Positions 10,645-20,159 of a stretch of DNA of 64,000 nucleotides are shown here, piece by piece. A program made the translations under genes and the position numbers. Each line of letters begins with the position of its first letter. The first letter of the stretch is position 1. The stretch is taken from NCBI GenBank assembly GCA_963674735.2, contig CAXXQS010000003.1, forward strand, positions 64,001 through 128,000, in the 5' to 3' direction. Under the pieces are notes generated by a model. It was given only the letters and a program-made list of their open reading frames with translations, had not been told where the DNA came from and searched no databases. The stretch comes from Myxococcota bacterium. Lineage in GTDB: Bacteria > Myxococcota_A > SURF-8.

Positions 10645-12522
10645 CTAATTGTGCGCTTCGGCTGTTTCGGTTTGTCGTGGCGACCAGGCAGAGTTGGTCT
10701 TAACCGCCGCTTGAATCAGTCGTTGCATGGCCGTCAATTTGGTATCGCGGGGTGGACGATACGACGTGACCCCTTGATAGCCATTCAGCAGATCTCCCCC
10801 TTTATATTCGAACGTTCGGGTTTTCCCGAATAATTGATTGGGGGTTCGCAACCACATATCTTGCAACGATGACCAGACCGCTTCGCCTCCATTGGGTCCG
10901 AACAGGTCGTGACCCAGGAAACTATTCGGGGTTTTCAACTTGAGCAGGTTCAGCAGAGTCGGGGCGATGTCGATCTGAGATACGATTTTATCGTAGCGCC
11001 CGGCCGGAATCAAGCCCGGTGCGTAAATTACCAAAGGAACACGGTTGTGTTGGTCGTGAAAATCGCCCAGCGTGGCCGGTTTTTTGTCGAAAAGATCGTG
11101 TCCGTGATCGCCGGTTATCACGAAAATGGTATTCGAAAACCAGGCTTCTCCACGGATGGCCTCGAAGAATTCACCCAGTGCTTTATCCGAATATGTTACC
11201 GCTTGTCGGTAGCGTCCGATAGCCGTTTCGGCGCGCTTAGCTTCTTCGGGTGGCACATTAAACGGGAAATGGCTGCTGAGCGTCATAATGTGTGCGAAAA
11301 ACGGTTCCGGCTTGCGATTCAGGATCTCGTGCACTTTCGCATAGAGGACAAAATCGTTGGCTCCGTAGATGGAGATATCGTCGGGAGGACCGAAGGTTTC
11401 GAGATCGTAAAAATGCCGGATACCGTGGACACTCTGAAAATCGAAGGTGCCTTGGAAGGTCTTTTTCGTTCCGCACATCCAATTGGTGTTGTAACCCGCG
11501 TCCGCCAAAATGGAAGGTAAGCAGCGTAAAGGTAAGTCGGCATGTTCCATGTAAATGGACGGTCCGGGGGGTTCGATAAACGAGCATAAGCTTGAAAATT
11601 CACCGAAAACGGTTTGGGAACCCGAGGCGTAGGTGTTTGTGAACAAGGCTCCGTTTTGGGCGAGTCGGGCCAGATTGGGAGCATAGCTCTTATTGCCGAG
11701 TAGCCCGCTTTCAAGCATTCGGAATGATTCGAGAAAGAGCGTAACCACGTTGTATCTCAGCGGTTTGTCGGGGGTGTTGACCGCTTCCGGAATCATGCGA
11801 AAGATGGAGCCCGGCTGCGGGTCGCGTTGCCATCCTTTGTCGACGGGACCGAACAGTCGTGTGAGGTGATCGTTACAGCGGTCGGAGTGGAACGATTGGG
11901 GATCGTTACCGAGTCCGCAGTCGATCAGGGCTTGTTCGCCACTATCGCCGTGTCCGACATCTTCGATCAAACGGGCGTTGGCGGAAAGTCCCAAAGTCGG
12001 AAAAATAATCCAGAACAAGCCGAAAGTCATCCAGAGCGAAATCAACGGCGGACGGGGGAAAGCGATCCCCTCGCGCCTGATGATATAGCACAGCACGCCC
12101 AAAGCCAGTGGGACGCCAAAGGCCAATCCCAGAGCGGCCGGTTCAACCAAGGTGATAGCGGATCCGGCAAATTCGGTGGCGTCGGACGCATAGGCCAGGA
12201 TCAGGCGGAGGTCGAGATGGTGGCCATAGAACGTGTAAAAGGCTTCGTCGGAGAAAAAGAGAATCGCTGATAGGAGTGTGAGCAGAATCAGCAGACCGTT
12301 TCCGAGCCGTTTCACCCCATATTCTAAAACCCACGCGCCGGTTATAGCCAAGGCTATCCACAATAACCAGTTTTGCAGGGCTCCGAGATGGGCGGCGGCT
12401 TCCGACCATTCGCTTCGAAAGGCACTCACAAACACGAGCAGTCCGATCTGGTGCAGAATGAACGCCGGGTAAAACCAAAGATCGGGCTTTGGACGAGGGG
12501 GGGTCAGGGCTGTGTTCGCCAT
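10645..12522 (-). CDS. LTA synthase (LtaS/MdoB)-family membrane phosphotransferase
   Basis: About 5 N-terminal TM helices; LESF, QTVFGE (Thr nucleophile), TLSSHFPF, TGDHG, SQIDIAPTLL motifs. Confidence 0.85.
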   Translation of the reverse strand: MANTALTPPRPKPDLWFYPAFILHQIGLLVFVSAFRSEWSEAAAHLGALQNWLLWIALAITGAWVLEYGVKRLGNGLLILLTLLSAILFFSDEAFYTFYGHHLDLRLILAYASDATEFAGSAITLVEPAALGLAFGVPLALGVLCYIIRREGIAFPRPPLISLWMTFGLFWIIFPTLGLSANARLIEDVGHGDSGEQALIDCGLGNDPQSFHSDRCNDHLTRLFGPVDKGWQRDPQPGSIFRMIPEAVNTPDKPLRYNVVTLFLESFRMLESGLLGNKSYAPNLARLAQNGALFTNTYASGSQTVFGEFSSLCSFIEPPGPSIYMEHADLPLRCLPSILADAGYNTNWMCGTKKTFQGTFDFQSVHGIRHFYDLETFGPPDDISIYGANDFVLYAKVHEILNRKPEPFFAHIMTLSSHFPFNVPPEEAKRAETAIGRYRQAVTYSDKALGEFFEAIRGEAWFSNTIFVITGDHGHDLFDKKPATLGDFHDQHNRVPLVIYAPGLIPAGRYDKIVSQIDIAPTLLNLLKLKTPNSFLGHDLFGPNGGEAVWSSLQDMWLRTPNQLFGKTRTFEYKGGDLLNGYQGVTSYRPPRDTKLTAMQRLIQAAVKTNSAWSPRQTETAEAHN

Positions 12523-13445
12523 GCCTGCTCCAATTCCATACCATAGGACGGATCGTCGAAAAGGACGGCCGATAGAATACCGGCTTTGACCATGCGCCGA
12601 AGCTGGTCGAGGTTTTGTTCGCGGGATTCCACCGTATAGGCAACTACCTGCAAAGTGGAACCTTTCAACAAATTGATGAGGGCTGTTGTTTTTTCGGGTG
12701 TCAGGCGACGAAAATCAACCATTGATACAGGCAGTTCGAGGTCGAGTGCCCGTTTAATCGCATAGAAATTGAAAGAATCGAACGTGGCTGGAATTCCACG
12801 TGAAATCAGTGCCTCAACGACCGGGATGCGGTAGCTGGTGTAAATGAGATTGGGAGGGCGGGGTAAATCTTTGATTGCATTCAAGATTAGATCGATTGGG
12901 ATGGCCGTTTTGATTTCGGCCATCACGAATCCATAGGCTGCACTCACCTCATTGATGAAGGCCTCGTCATACAGGGCGATTGGGTGCCCGCTTTTGAGGC
13001 GGCAACGGGTGTGCAACTCATGCCAATTGAGTGATAAGGGAGCCCAGTCGTCATCATCGTTGTGTTGGTTGCATGTGCTGACGCGGCTAAGATTCGTGTC
13101 GTGTAAGAGGACGAAACGGCCGTCTTTTGTTAAGGTCAGATCGAACTCGGCTCCCTTGGCGAAGCGAGCGGCGGCCAAAATCCCCTCTCGAGAGTTTTCT
13201 GTGTAGGGCTCGCCCGGCAATACTCCCCGGTGGCTGACCACCTGAAAGAGACGTTCTCCTTTTTCGATAGAGAAAACAAAAGGCTTGACGACAATGTCAG
13301 ACTCTTTGTTGAGGGGACGGTGTCGAAAACGGGGAAGGTCATTTGTGTTGCTACCCTTTTCACAGCTACTCAGCATAAGGATACAAAGCAGGATCACGGC
13401 GATCAGGTTTTGTGTCGATTCAGCTTGTTTTGCAGATCCTGTCAC
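12504..13445 (-). CDS. Glycerophosphodiester phosphodiesterase family lipoprotein
   Basis: Lipobox LSSC; SHRG, ENS, EFDLTLTKDG..VLLHD, EIK motifs; overlaps next gene by 19 nt. Confidence 0.85.
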   Translation of the reverse strand: MTGSAKQAESTQNLIAVILLCILMLSSCEKGSNTNDLPRFRHRPLNKESDIVVKPFVFSIEKGERLFQVVSHRGVLPGEPYTENSREGILAAARFAKGAEFDLTLTKDGRFVLLHDTNLSRVSTCNQHNDDDDWAPLSLNWHELHTRCRLKSGHPIALYDEAFINEVSAAYGFVMAEIKTAIPIDLILNAIKDLPRPPNLIYTSYRIPVVEALISRGIPATFDSFNFYAIKRALDLELPVSMVDFRRLTPEKTTALINLLKGSTLQVVAYTVESREQNLDQLRRMVKAGILSAVLFDDPSYGMELEQAWRTQP

Positions 13446-13496
13446 GCTTGTAGCCTCTCGGAAATCAACTTGGCGAGTATAGTCAAAAGCTCGGAT

Positions 13497-14960
13497 TTAT
13501 TCCAGTTTTTCTTGTTGCTGTGGTGCCGGACATCCTAGGCGGCTGCGAGTTTGTCTAATAAGCTGTTTTACGGCTGCCGGTGGCAAGCGCATCCAGAACA
13601 AGGGGGGAGGCGTATCGAAAACCGCATTCTCGGGCCATTCCAATTGAATGGCGCCAGCCACCGGGCTTACCCAGCGGGCGGTGGCTTCGAAGGAACTGTC
13701 CGGCAGGTCGGGGATGGCAAGGGTGAAAACGGCACGACCACCCGGATTCAACTCGACAGCCGAGATACGGAATTCCGTTTCCACCTCGCCCAGTTGCAGG
13801 AATAATGTTTCATCAGATCTGAATTGCAATTCAGCCGGGATTTGGTTGCAGGGTAGCCGGGTCAAAACTGGGGCGACTTGCGTGATCGGTCCGCTATTGG
13901 GGTTGACATAGGGAACCGGATACCAGGATCCGGCGAGGTAATCATTGACCGCTTCCTTATCCATCAGCAATTGCTCGATCGGAGTGATGGAATTAAACTC
14001 CGCGGCCAGGAGGTACAAGCTGATTTCCTGGCTTTTCAGGAAACCGTATAGCTTTTTGAGGGTGTTTTTACGAAGTATTGAATTCTTTTTAGAGGTTACG
14101 TCCAGGTCTGTTTCTACTTGAGGACGATCGGTATAGAAAGGAATCAGCAGTCGCTTTTTCGGGTGGATCAGCCAGATATCGGCGAGTTTTTTATCCCCAG
14201 GCAGATTGTTGTACAGCATGCCCGCCGATTTGTTTTCGATGTATGCCCAGCCCGGATCCACTCCGACCATGATGTGTCTGGCGCTGATCCAGCCGCTATG
14301 CTGACCGGCGTCGACGAGGTATTGAGTTTCTTCGGCTTGTCCACGTCGGTCCAAAACGTCGAGGACCTGCCAGGGATGGACTTCATAGGAGGACAGGTCC
14401 GAATTGGAGGGATTTTTCGATATGAGTTGCGTTTTCTGCAGAACCACACCTAGATCGGGTGTCTTCTTCCAGATTTTCATACAGGCCGAATAAACACCGC
14501 GGGCTTGCTGAACGTCTTTGGCGGAAAGGTGCCCCATTCCGCGTTTGCGATCGAAGGCAAGGAGCCCGAAATTGGTGGCGCAGGAATCGATTTCCCCGAC
14601 GATTCCCTGTTTGATGCGAACGATCAATTTATCCCCACGCGTGCGAAGAATATTCAGCTTTTCGCCGAGCTTCAGTGTGAGCTTTTTTTTGTTTTCGACA
14701 TTTTCCGTTTCCAGTGTTGCTTTGGAGGTCCACACTCGCACCGTCATACCGTATGTGTCGGGGCGTGTGATCGGCAGGCCAAGACGTAAGGGTTCCTCCT
14801 TGACTTCCGGAGTATCGGACACTTCTGGGTTGGGGATGAGTAGCGTAGGCTTTTCCGGTTGTTTGTCCGATGAGCAGCGTGAACACGACACGATCCCGAT
14901 CGTCGTAAGAAGTACAAACACGGCGGCGAGGATCGGCATGTGGAAGTAAGAGCGAATCAT
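13497..14960 (-). CDS. Hypothetical lipoprotein with two SH3b-like segments
   Basis: Signal peptide with IVSC lipobox from ATG 14960 (AAGGAG RBS); LKLGEKLNIL...GEID and QVLDVL...GWISARHI resemble SH3b. Confidence 0.6.
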   Translation of the reverse strand: MIRSYFHMPILAAVFVLLTTIGIVSCSRCSSDKQPEKPTLLIPNPEVSDTPEVKEEPLRLGLPITRPDTYGMTVRVWTSKATLETENVENKKKLTLKLGEKLNILRTRGDKLIVRIKQGIVGEIDSCATNFGLLAFDRKRGMGHLSAKDVQQARGVYSACMKIWKKTPDLGVVLQKTQLISKNPSNSDLSSYEVHPWQVLDVLDRRGQAEETQYLVDAGQHSGWISARHIMVGVDPGWAYIENKSAGMLYNNLPGDKKLADIWLIHPKKRLLIPFYTDRPQVETDLDVTSKKNSILRKNTLKKLYGFLKSQEISLYLLAAEFNSITPIEQLLMDKEAVNDYLAGSWYPVPYVNPNSGPITQVAPVLTRLPCNQIPAELQFRSDETLFLQLGEVETEFRISAVELNPGGRAVFTLAIPDLPDSSFEATARWVSPVAGAIQLEWPENAVFDTPPPLFWMRLPPAAVKQLIRQTRSRLGCPAPQQQEKLE

Positions 14961-15097
14961 GAGTTTCTTTTCTCCTTCCCAAATGGGTATCCCCCATGAT
15001 AAAAAGCCTTTCGACACAAGTCAAACACCGCTTTTAAATCCGCATGCCGATTCGGGGGCGGAAACGTGACCAAGCAGGCCGTACAAGGATGGATGTC

Positions 15098-16684
15098 ATG
15101 ACAGCCGATGGGACCAGAAGTGGTCTTGTAAAGGCCGTTGCGGTTATGGGGGGACTGACCATCGTCAGCCGCGTATTGGGGCTGATACGGGAGATTGTGC
15201 GCGCGCATTTTCTTGGCACCAGTATCATGGCCGACGCCTTTACCGTCGCCTTTATGATTCCGAACTTGTTCCGCCGTCTGGTGGGCGAAGGGGCGATGAC
15301 GGTCGCGGCGGTGCCGGTGCTGGTTGAGGAACAACGGCGCGGTGGCGCTCAACGTCTGCGCGAAGTGGCGAATAGTTTCTTTACTCTGTTCACCTTTATC
15401 CTCACAACCTTTGCGGTTATTTTCATCGCTTTTGCCGGTATTTTAGTCGAAGAGGTCTTTGCTCGTGGTTTTGCTGACAACCCGGAAAAGTTGGCACTGA
15501 CTGTCGAGTTGACCCGCTACATGTTCTTTTATATCGCCTTTATCGGGCTGGCGGCCGTTTGTCAGGCTATTTTAAACAGTGGGAAGGTGTTTGGGCCCTC
15601 CGCATTCACTCCCATTCTATTGAACCTGAGTGTTATTCTAAGCGCCCTGTTTTTATCGCGCTATTTCGATCTTCCGGTTTACGCATTTGCCGTGGGTGTT
15701 TTACTGGGCGGCTTTTTGCAACTGATTTTTCAAATCCCCTATTTGCGCAAAGTCGGCGTTTCCCTGACCCCGGCCTTCAATTGGCGTGATCCAGCCGTGC
15801 AGCGCATTCTGAAACTGATGCTTCCCGGTATTGTCGGGGCGGGTGTTTATCAGATCAACGTGTTGATTTCACAAATGATCGCAACCTATCTTGCAGACGG
15901 CGCGGTGTCGTCTCTGCAATACTCGGCCCGGTTGACCGAATTCACCTTGGGTGTATTTATCGTATCGGTTAGTACCGCAATTTTACCCACGTTATCAGCT
16001 TTTTTCAGTGATAACAAGATGGATGAGTTTCGCTCGACTTTACGGTTTGCACTTCGACTGGTGGCTTTTGTTACGATCCCCGCCATGGTCGGGATGATCG
16101 TCATTCGTTATCCGCTCATCAATCTGCTTTTTCGTAGCGGCCGTTTCGACCAGGTTTCCACGGATTTGACCGCCTACGCGTTCTTTTTTCACATTCTGGG
16201 ACTGTATTTCATCGGGGCTGAACGGATGCTGGCTCCGGTGTTCTTTTCCATGAAAGATACGGTGACTCCGGTCAAGGCGGCTGCCGTTTCCACCGTTGCG
16301 AACATCGTCGCCTGTTTGGTTTTGGCCGGACCGCTTTCCCAAGGTGGCATTGCGTTGGCTAACAGCATTTCGGCTTTGGTGCAGGCTGCTGTGCTGGCCT
16401 ATTACCTGCGGTCGCGAATCGGACCATTGGGGTGGAGTAAGTTGTTTCGATCGTTGTTGCGTGTTGTCCTTGCGGCGCTCCTTATGGGGGTGGGCTGTTG
16501 GTGGCTGACCGACAAACTCAACCTTGTTGAAACCACCTCGCGTGTGGTTTTATTGCCGGGCTTGTTACTGGTTATCGGGGTTTCCACTGTGTTGTTTGCC
16601 TTGTTTGCCTGGCTTTTACGTTGTGATGAATTTCAAGAGTTGTGGGGCCTTCTGCGCCGACGCTTCTCGGGACGGTCCGGGTAG
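15098..16684 (+). CDS. murJ: Lipid II flippase
   Basis: SRVLGLIRE, ADAF..AF.IPN.FRRL.GEGA, LQYSARL.E..LG motifs; multi-TM; exact start uncertain (15044/15089/15098). Confidence 0.95.
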   Translation: MTADGTRSGLVKAVAVMGGLTIVSRVLGLIREIVRAHFLGTSIMADAFTVAFMIPNLFRRLVGEGAMTVAAVPVLVEEQRRGGAQRLREVANSFFTLFTFILTTFAVIFIAFAGILVEEVFARGFADNPEKLALTVELTRYMFFYIAFIGLAAVCQAILNSGKVFGPSAFTPILLNLSVILSALFLSRYFDLPVYAFAVGVLLGGFLQLIFQIPYLRKVGVSLTPAFNWRDPAVQRILKLMLPGIVGAGVYQINVLISQMIATYLADGAVSSLQYSARLTEFTLGVFIVSVSTAILPTLSAFFSDNKMDEFRSTLRFALRLVAFVTIPAMVGMIVIRYPLINLLFRSGRFDQVSTDLTAYAFFFHILGLYFIGAERMLAPVFFSMKDTVTPVKAAAVSTVANIVACLVLAGPLSQGGIALANSISALVQAAVLAYYLRSRIGPLGWSKLFRSLLRVVLAALLMGVGCWWLTDKLNLVETTSRVVLLPGLLLVIGVSTVLFALFAWLLRCDEFQELWGLLRRRFSGRSG

Positions 16685-16788
16685 GTCGGTTGGGAAGGTC
16701 TAAAAGCGGGAAAATGCTTTACATTTCAATGCTCATGGTGTATTGAAATGAGGCCATTAGACGTTAGCGATACCCTAGGGATGGAGGC

Positions 16789-18741
16789 GTGATGTTGCGT
16801 GCTGGAGCCCATCGTTTGGTCGTTTTGATGGTGCTGCTGGCGCTTCTGGGATGGAGCGTATCGGCAAGCGCCCAGAGCCGGGAGTTTGATATAAGCCAGT
16901 TTTCACCTCCGGTGGATAATTATGGTTTGATCACTCTGGACACCAGCCAAATTTACCATACCTATCGTCTGGGCACCGCTCTTTCATTTAGTTATTACCA
17001 CCATCCCCTGGAGATGGACGTCCTGGCCGCTGACGGCTCGCGTGACAGTGTGGCCCTGGTCAGTGATCGGCTGAAGATGGATCTCGATTTCGCGATTGCT
17101 CTCTGTCCGTATTACGAGATCGGCTTCGACCTTCCGTTTTTGCTTTACGATGATAGCATCAGCTTGATTACCGGAGTTGGATCCACGGGCGCGGCCGTGG
17201 GGGATATTCGCATTCACAACAAAATCCGGGCACTTGATCGCGAGGAATGGCCGGTGGGTTTGGGTGTGATCGCTACCGTGGTGGCTCCCTCCGGCGATAC
17301 TACGCGTTATTTCGGTAATGACGGTGTCGGGGCCGAATTCAAACTGGTGCTCGACGCCGAATTGGGGCCTGTCGTGCTGGCGACCAATTTGGGATATCGT
17401 TTGCGACCGTCGCTGGATGTCTTTGTGATTCGAGATCCGGCGGGCGACGTTGCCTTTACCCAGACGATCGATGATGAGTTGCTTTTCGGATTGGGTGTGC
17501 AGGTCAACACGCCTGTAGACGGTTTGTCTGTTTTGTCCGAAATTCGGGGTGTTACCCAGGCCGAGAATCCGTTCGATCAGCGTTTCAATACACCCGTGAT
17601 GGCAGCGGCTGCGGTGAAATACCTGCTTCCGCTCGGGTTCCTCATTCAAGCCGGTATCGAAGTGGGAATCAGCCCCGGCTATGGCGTTCCGCCCGCATCC
17701 GGTTTTATGACGATTGGCTACACCTGGGATCAGAAAGACCAAGATCGAGATGGCTTGCCGGATGAAGACGATCAATGTCCCGAAGCTGTAGAAGATGAGG
17801 ACGGCTTTGAGGATGAGGATGGTTGTCCGGACCCGGACAACGATCAAGATGGTGTGCTCGATGTCGCGGATGAGTGTCCCGATGATCCCGAGGATGTGGA
17901 CGACTATCGTGAGGAAGACGGTTGTCCCGACCCGGATAACGATCAGGACGGCATTTTGGATGGCGAGGACCAGTGTCCTTTGGCGGCTGAAGATATGGAC
18001 GAAGATCGCGACCAGGACGGCTGTCCGGACTTGGATACCGATCGTGATGGATTCGACGATCTCGACGATAAATGTCCGACCGAGCCAGAAGACAAAGACG
18101 GCTTTGAGGATGAGGATGGTTGCCCGGAACCCGACAACGACCAAGATGGTGTGCTGGACGCGTCTGATCGCTGTCCACTCGATCCCGAAGATCGTGATAA
18201 TTTCAAGGATGAGGATGGCTGTCCCGATCCCGATAATGATCGTGATGGCGTACTGGATAGCCTCGATAATTGTCCGACAACCCCCGAGACGATCAACGGC
18301 AACGCGGACGCCGATGGATGTCCGGACGCCGGTGAAGTGCTCGTTATCGATCGCGGAAATCGGTTGGAACTGAAACAGGACGTCAAGTTCGAAGCCAAGG
18401 CGGCCTTGCTGAAACGCAGCAGCTTCAGTTTGCTGAATCAAGTGGCTCAGACGATCCGGGCGCGTGGTGACCGGTCGCGGGTGTTGATCGAAGTCCACAC
18501 GGCTGCCCAGGGGCGATCGGTAGAAGAAAAAGACCTGGCCCGCTCACGTGGACGCATGATTCGCACCTATCTCGAAAACCGAGGAATTGATAAAGAACGA
18601 TTGGAAATTCGTGCGATTGGCGGCTCCCAGCCGATTGCGAGCAATAAGACGAAAGTGGGGCGCGAAAAGAACGAGCGCATCGAATTCAAGTTGTTGCCTG
18701 AACCCCAAAATAAGGGGTCGGTTTCGAAACCAGGAAAGTAA
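16789..18741 (+). CDS. Outer-membrane barrel + thrombospondin type 3 repeats + OmpA-like C-terminal domain protein
   Basis: Signal peptide (ASA-Q), amphipathic beta region, DxDxDG..D..D.CP repeats, C-terminal F......L...S...L..VA, IEVHT, NERIEF. Confidence 0.9.
   Translation: MMLRAGAHRLVVLMVLLALLGWSVSASAQSREFDISQFSPPVDNYGLITLDTSQIYHTYRLGTALSFSYYHHPLEMDVLAADGSRDSVALVSDRLKMDLDFAIALCPYYEIGFDLPFLLYDDSISLITGVGSTGAAVGDIRIHNKIRALDREEWPVGLGVIATVVAPSGDTTRYFGNDGVGAEFKLVLDAELGPVVLATNLGYRLRPSLDVFVIRDPAGDVAFTQTIDDELLFGLGVQVNTPVDGLSVLSEIRGVTQAENPFDQRFNTPVMAAAAVKYLLPLGFLIQAGIEVGISPGYGVPPASGFMTIGYTWDQKDQDRDGLPDEDDQCPEAVEDEDGFEDEDGCPDPDNDQDGVLDVADECPDDPEDVDDYREEDGCPDPDNDQDGILDGEDQCPLAAEDMDEDRDQDGCPDLDTDRDGFDDLDDKCPTEPEDKDGFEDEDGCPEPDNDQDGVLDASDRCPLDPEDRDNFKDEDGCPDPDNDRDGVLDSLDNCPTTPETINGNADADGCPDAGEVLVIDRGNRLELKQDVKFEAKAALLKRSSFSLLNQVAQTIRARGDRSRVLIEVHTAAQGRSVEEKDLARSRGRMIRTYLENRGIDKERLEIRAIGGSQPIASNKTKVGREKNERIEFKLLPEPQNKGSVSKPGK
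17737..18327 (+). repeat. Coding tandem repeat: six ~33-aa (~99-nt) TSP3-type Ca-binding units
   Basis: Twelve CP motifs in alternating DxDxDG..D..DxCP / EDxDGxxDxDGCP pattern. Confidence 0.9.
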
Positions 18742-18822
18742 GATTTTCATCCGCTTCTTGACGAATTCCGGGGATTTTGCTAGGTTCGCGGTATCTCCGG
18801 TGAAACCCGTATAGCAATCGAG

Positions 18823-19722
18823 GTGCTGATGATTCGCAAAGGCGTTTTTTGGATGGCCCTGATGGGCGTCTGGTTGTGTTTCATCCCGGACAGCTATGCA
18901 GCCAAGTACGATCTTACGCTCTGGCGTTTCTGTGAGCGTGGTCAGGATGGTTGGTGCCTCCCGGATCCGTCCAATAGCACCCAGGTGCTGCCCGACAACG
19001 AGAAATTCAAGTCTTTCGCCAAGCAGTTCGCGGCGGTGCTGGCACCTAAATTCCATGCTCCCGCCGAAACCTTGGGTTGGAACGGTTGGAATCTAGACTT
19101 CGAATTTTCGCTCAATTCCATTCCAGGCGGCGATCACTGGGACGACGCACTTCAGGGAGTCGAACGTATCAATGCCCTTGATGCGCAAAACCAGAAAAGC
19201 AGCTCTTCACCCGGCTTGCTCAATACCGTGCAGTTTCAAGCCCGTAAGGGTCTTCCGTATTCCCTCGAACTCGGCTTGGTCGTGACGTATCTGCTGAGTT
19301 CGGAAATGGTCATGACGGGGGTGGAGGCCAAGTTCGCTTTCGTGGAAGGACTTACTTACGTGCCGGACATGGCCGTGCATATGAACTACAACCATCTGTT
19401 CGGTTCGCCGGATATGGATTTGGATGTTTGGAACTGGGATCTGAGCCTTTCCTACAATTGGGGTGTGGGTGGTTTCATCATGTTTGCGCCGTACACGGGG
19501 TATTCGTTGGTGTACGCGATAGCCGCCCCACATGCCGTGAATTCCAGTTTCGATCCCGATAACAATGATCGCTATCTTATGCTGGATACTCAGCGGCCTC
19601 TGATTCACCGCTGGTTTTTAGGGCTTCGTATGATTGCGGCCCATATCAATTTCACCCCGGAAATTATCATCAGCAGCGCAAAAGTCTATACCTATAGCTT
19701 CAGTTTGGGTGCGAATTTCTAG
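18823..19722 (+). CDS. Putative outer-membrane beta-barrel protein (myxobacterial-type uncharacterised family)
   Basis: Signal peptide (SYA-A), PAETLG and RKGLPYSLELG motifs, alternating beta strands, C-terminal YSFSLGANF beta-signal. Confidence 0.7.
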   Translation: MLMIRKGVFWMALMGVWLCFIPDSYAAKYDLTLWRFCERGQDGWCLPDPSNSTQVLPDNEKFKSFAKQFAAVLAPKFHAPAETLGWNGWNLDFEFSLNSIPGGDHWDDALQGVERINALDAQNQKSSSSPGLLNTVQFQARKGLPYSLELGLVVTYLLSSEMVMTGVEAKFAFVEGLTYVPDMAVHMNYNHLFGSPDMDLDVWNWDLSLSYNWGVGGFIMFAPYTGYSLVYAIAAPHAVNSSFDPDNNDRYLMLDTQRPLIHRWFLGLRMIAAHINFTPEIIISSAKVYTYSFSLGANF

Positions 19723-19761
19723 AGTCTTGCCTGTCGGCGAATAAAGATCCGGAAAGGGTTC

Positions 19762-19790
19762 TTGACAAGTCGCTGAAAACAGGACATAGT
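19762..19790 (+). promoter_or_regulatory. Putative sigma70 promoter of infA
   Basis: TTGACA-N17-CATAGT. Confidence 0.6.
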
Positions 19791-19844
19791 TCAGACCGTT
19801 TTAGACCTCAGCCTGTTGAAAATGATAGACAAGGTTCGATACAC

Positions 19845-20117
19845 ATGGCGCGTGACGACTTAATTCAGTTGGAAGGAACGGTGAGTGAAGTTCTGACAGA
19901 TGGGAACTTCCGCATCGAAACCGAAACCGGGCAGTCTCTTTTGGCACGCCTGGCCGGTAAACTCCGCAAATTCCGTATTCGTGTGATTCTGGGAGACCGG
20001 GTCACCGTTGGAGTTTCACCCTACGATCCTTCGCATGGACTCATTCTCCATCGTCATCGGGATGATTCTCGCGGATTCGGTCCCAATCCGAGGCGGGGCG
20101 GTGGCAGACGCCGCTAG
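19845..20117 (+). CDS. infA: Translation initiation factor IF-1
   Basis: LEGTVSEVL...FRI, GKLRKFRIRVILGDRV.V..SPYD; Arg/Gly-rich tail. Confidence 0.95.
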   Translation: MARDDLIQLEGTVSEVLTDGNFRIETETGQSLLARLAGKLRKFRIRVILGDRVTVGVSPYDPSHGLILHRHRDDSRGFGPNPRRGGGRRR

Positions 20118-20159
20118 CTTCTTTTCTCGACAAAATCCCCTTGTAGCTTGCTCTTGCCC

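Noticed and set aside
17737-18327. Periodic DNA repeat considered as CRISPR array
   Set aside because: In-frame, degenerate at third positions, no unique spacers, no cas genes
16984-18498. Long alternative-frame ORFs (504, 192, 157, 151 aa) over the OmpA gene
   Set aside because: Artefacts of the Asp-rich coding repeat
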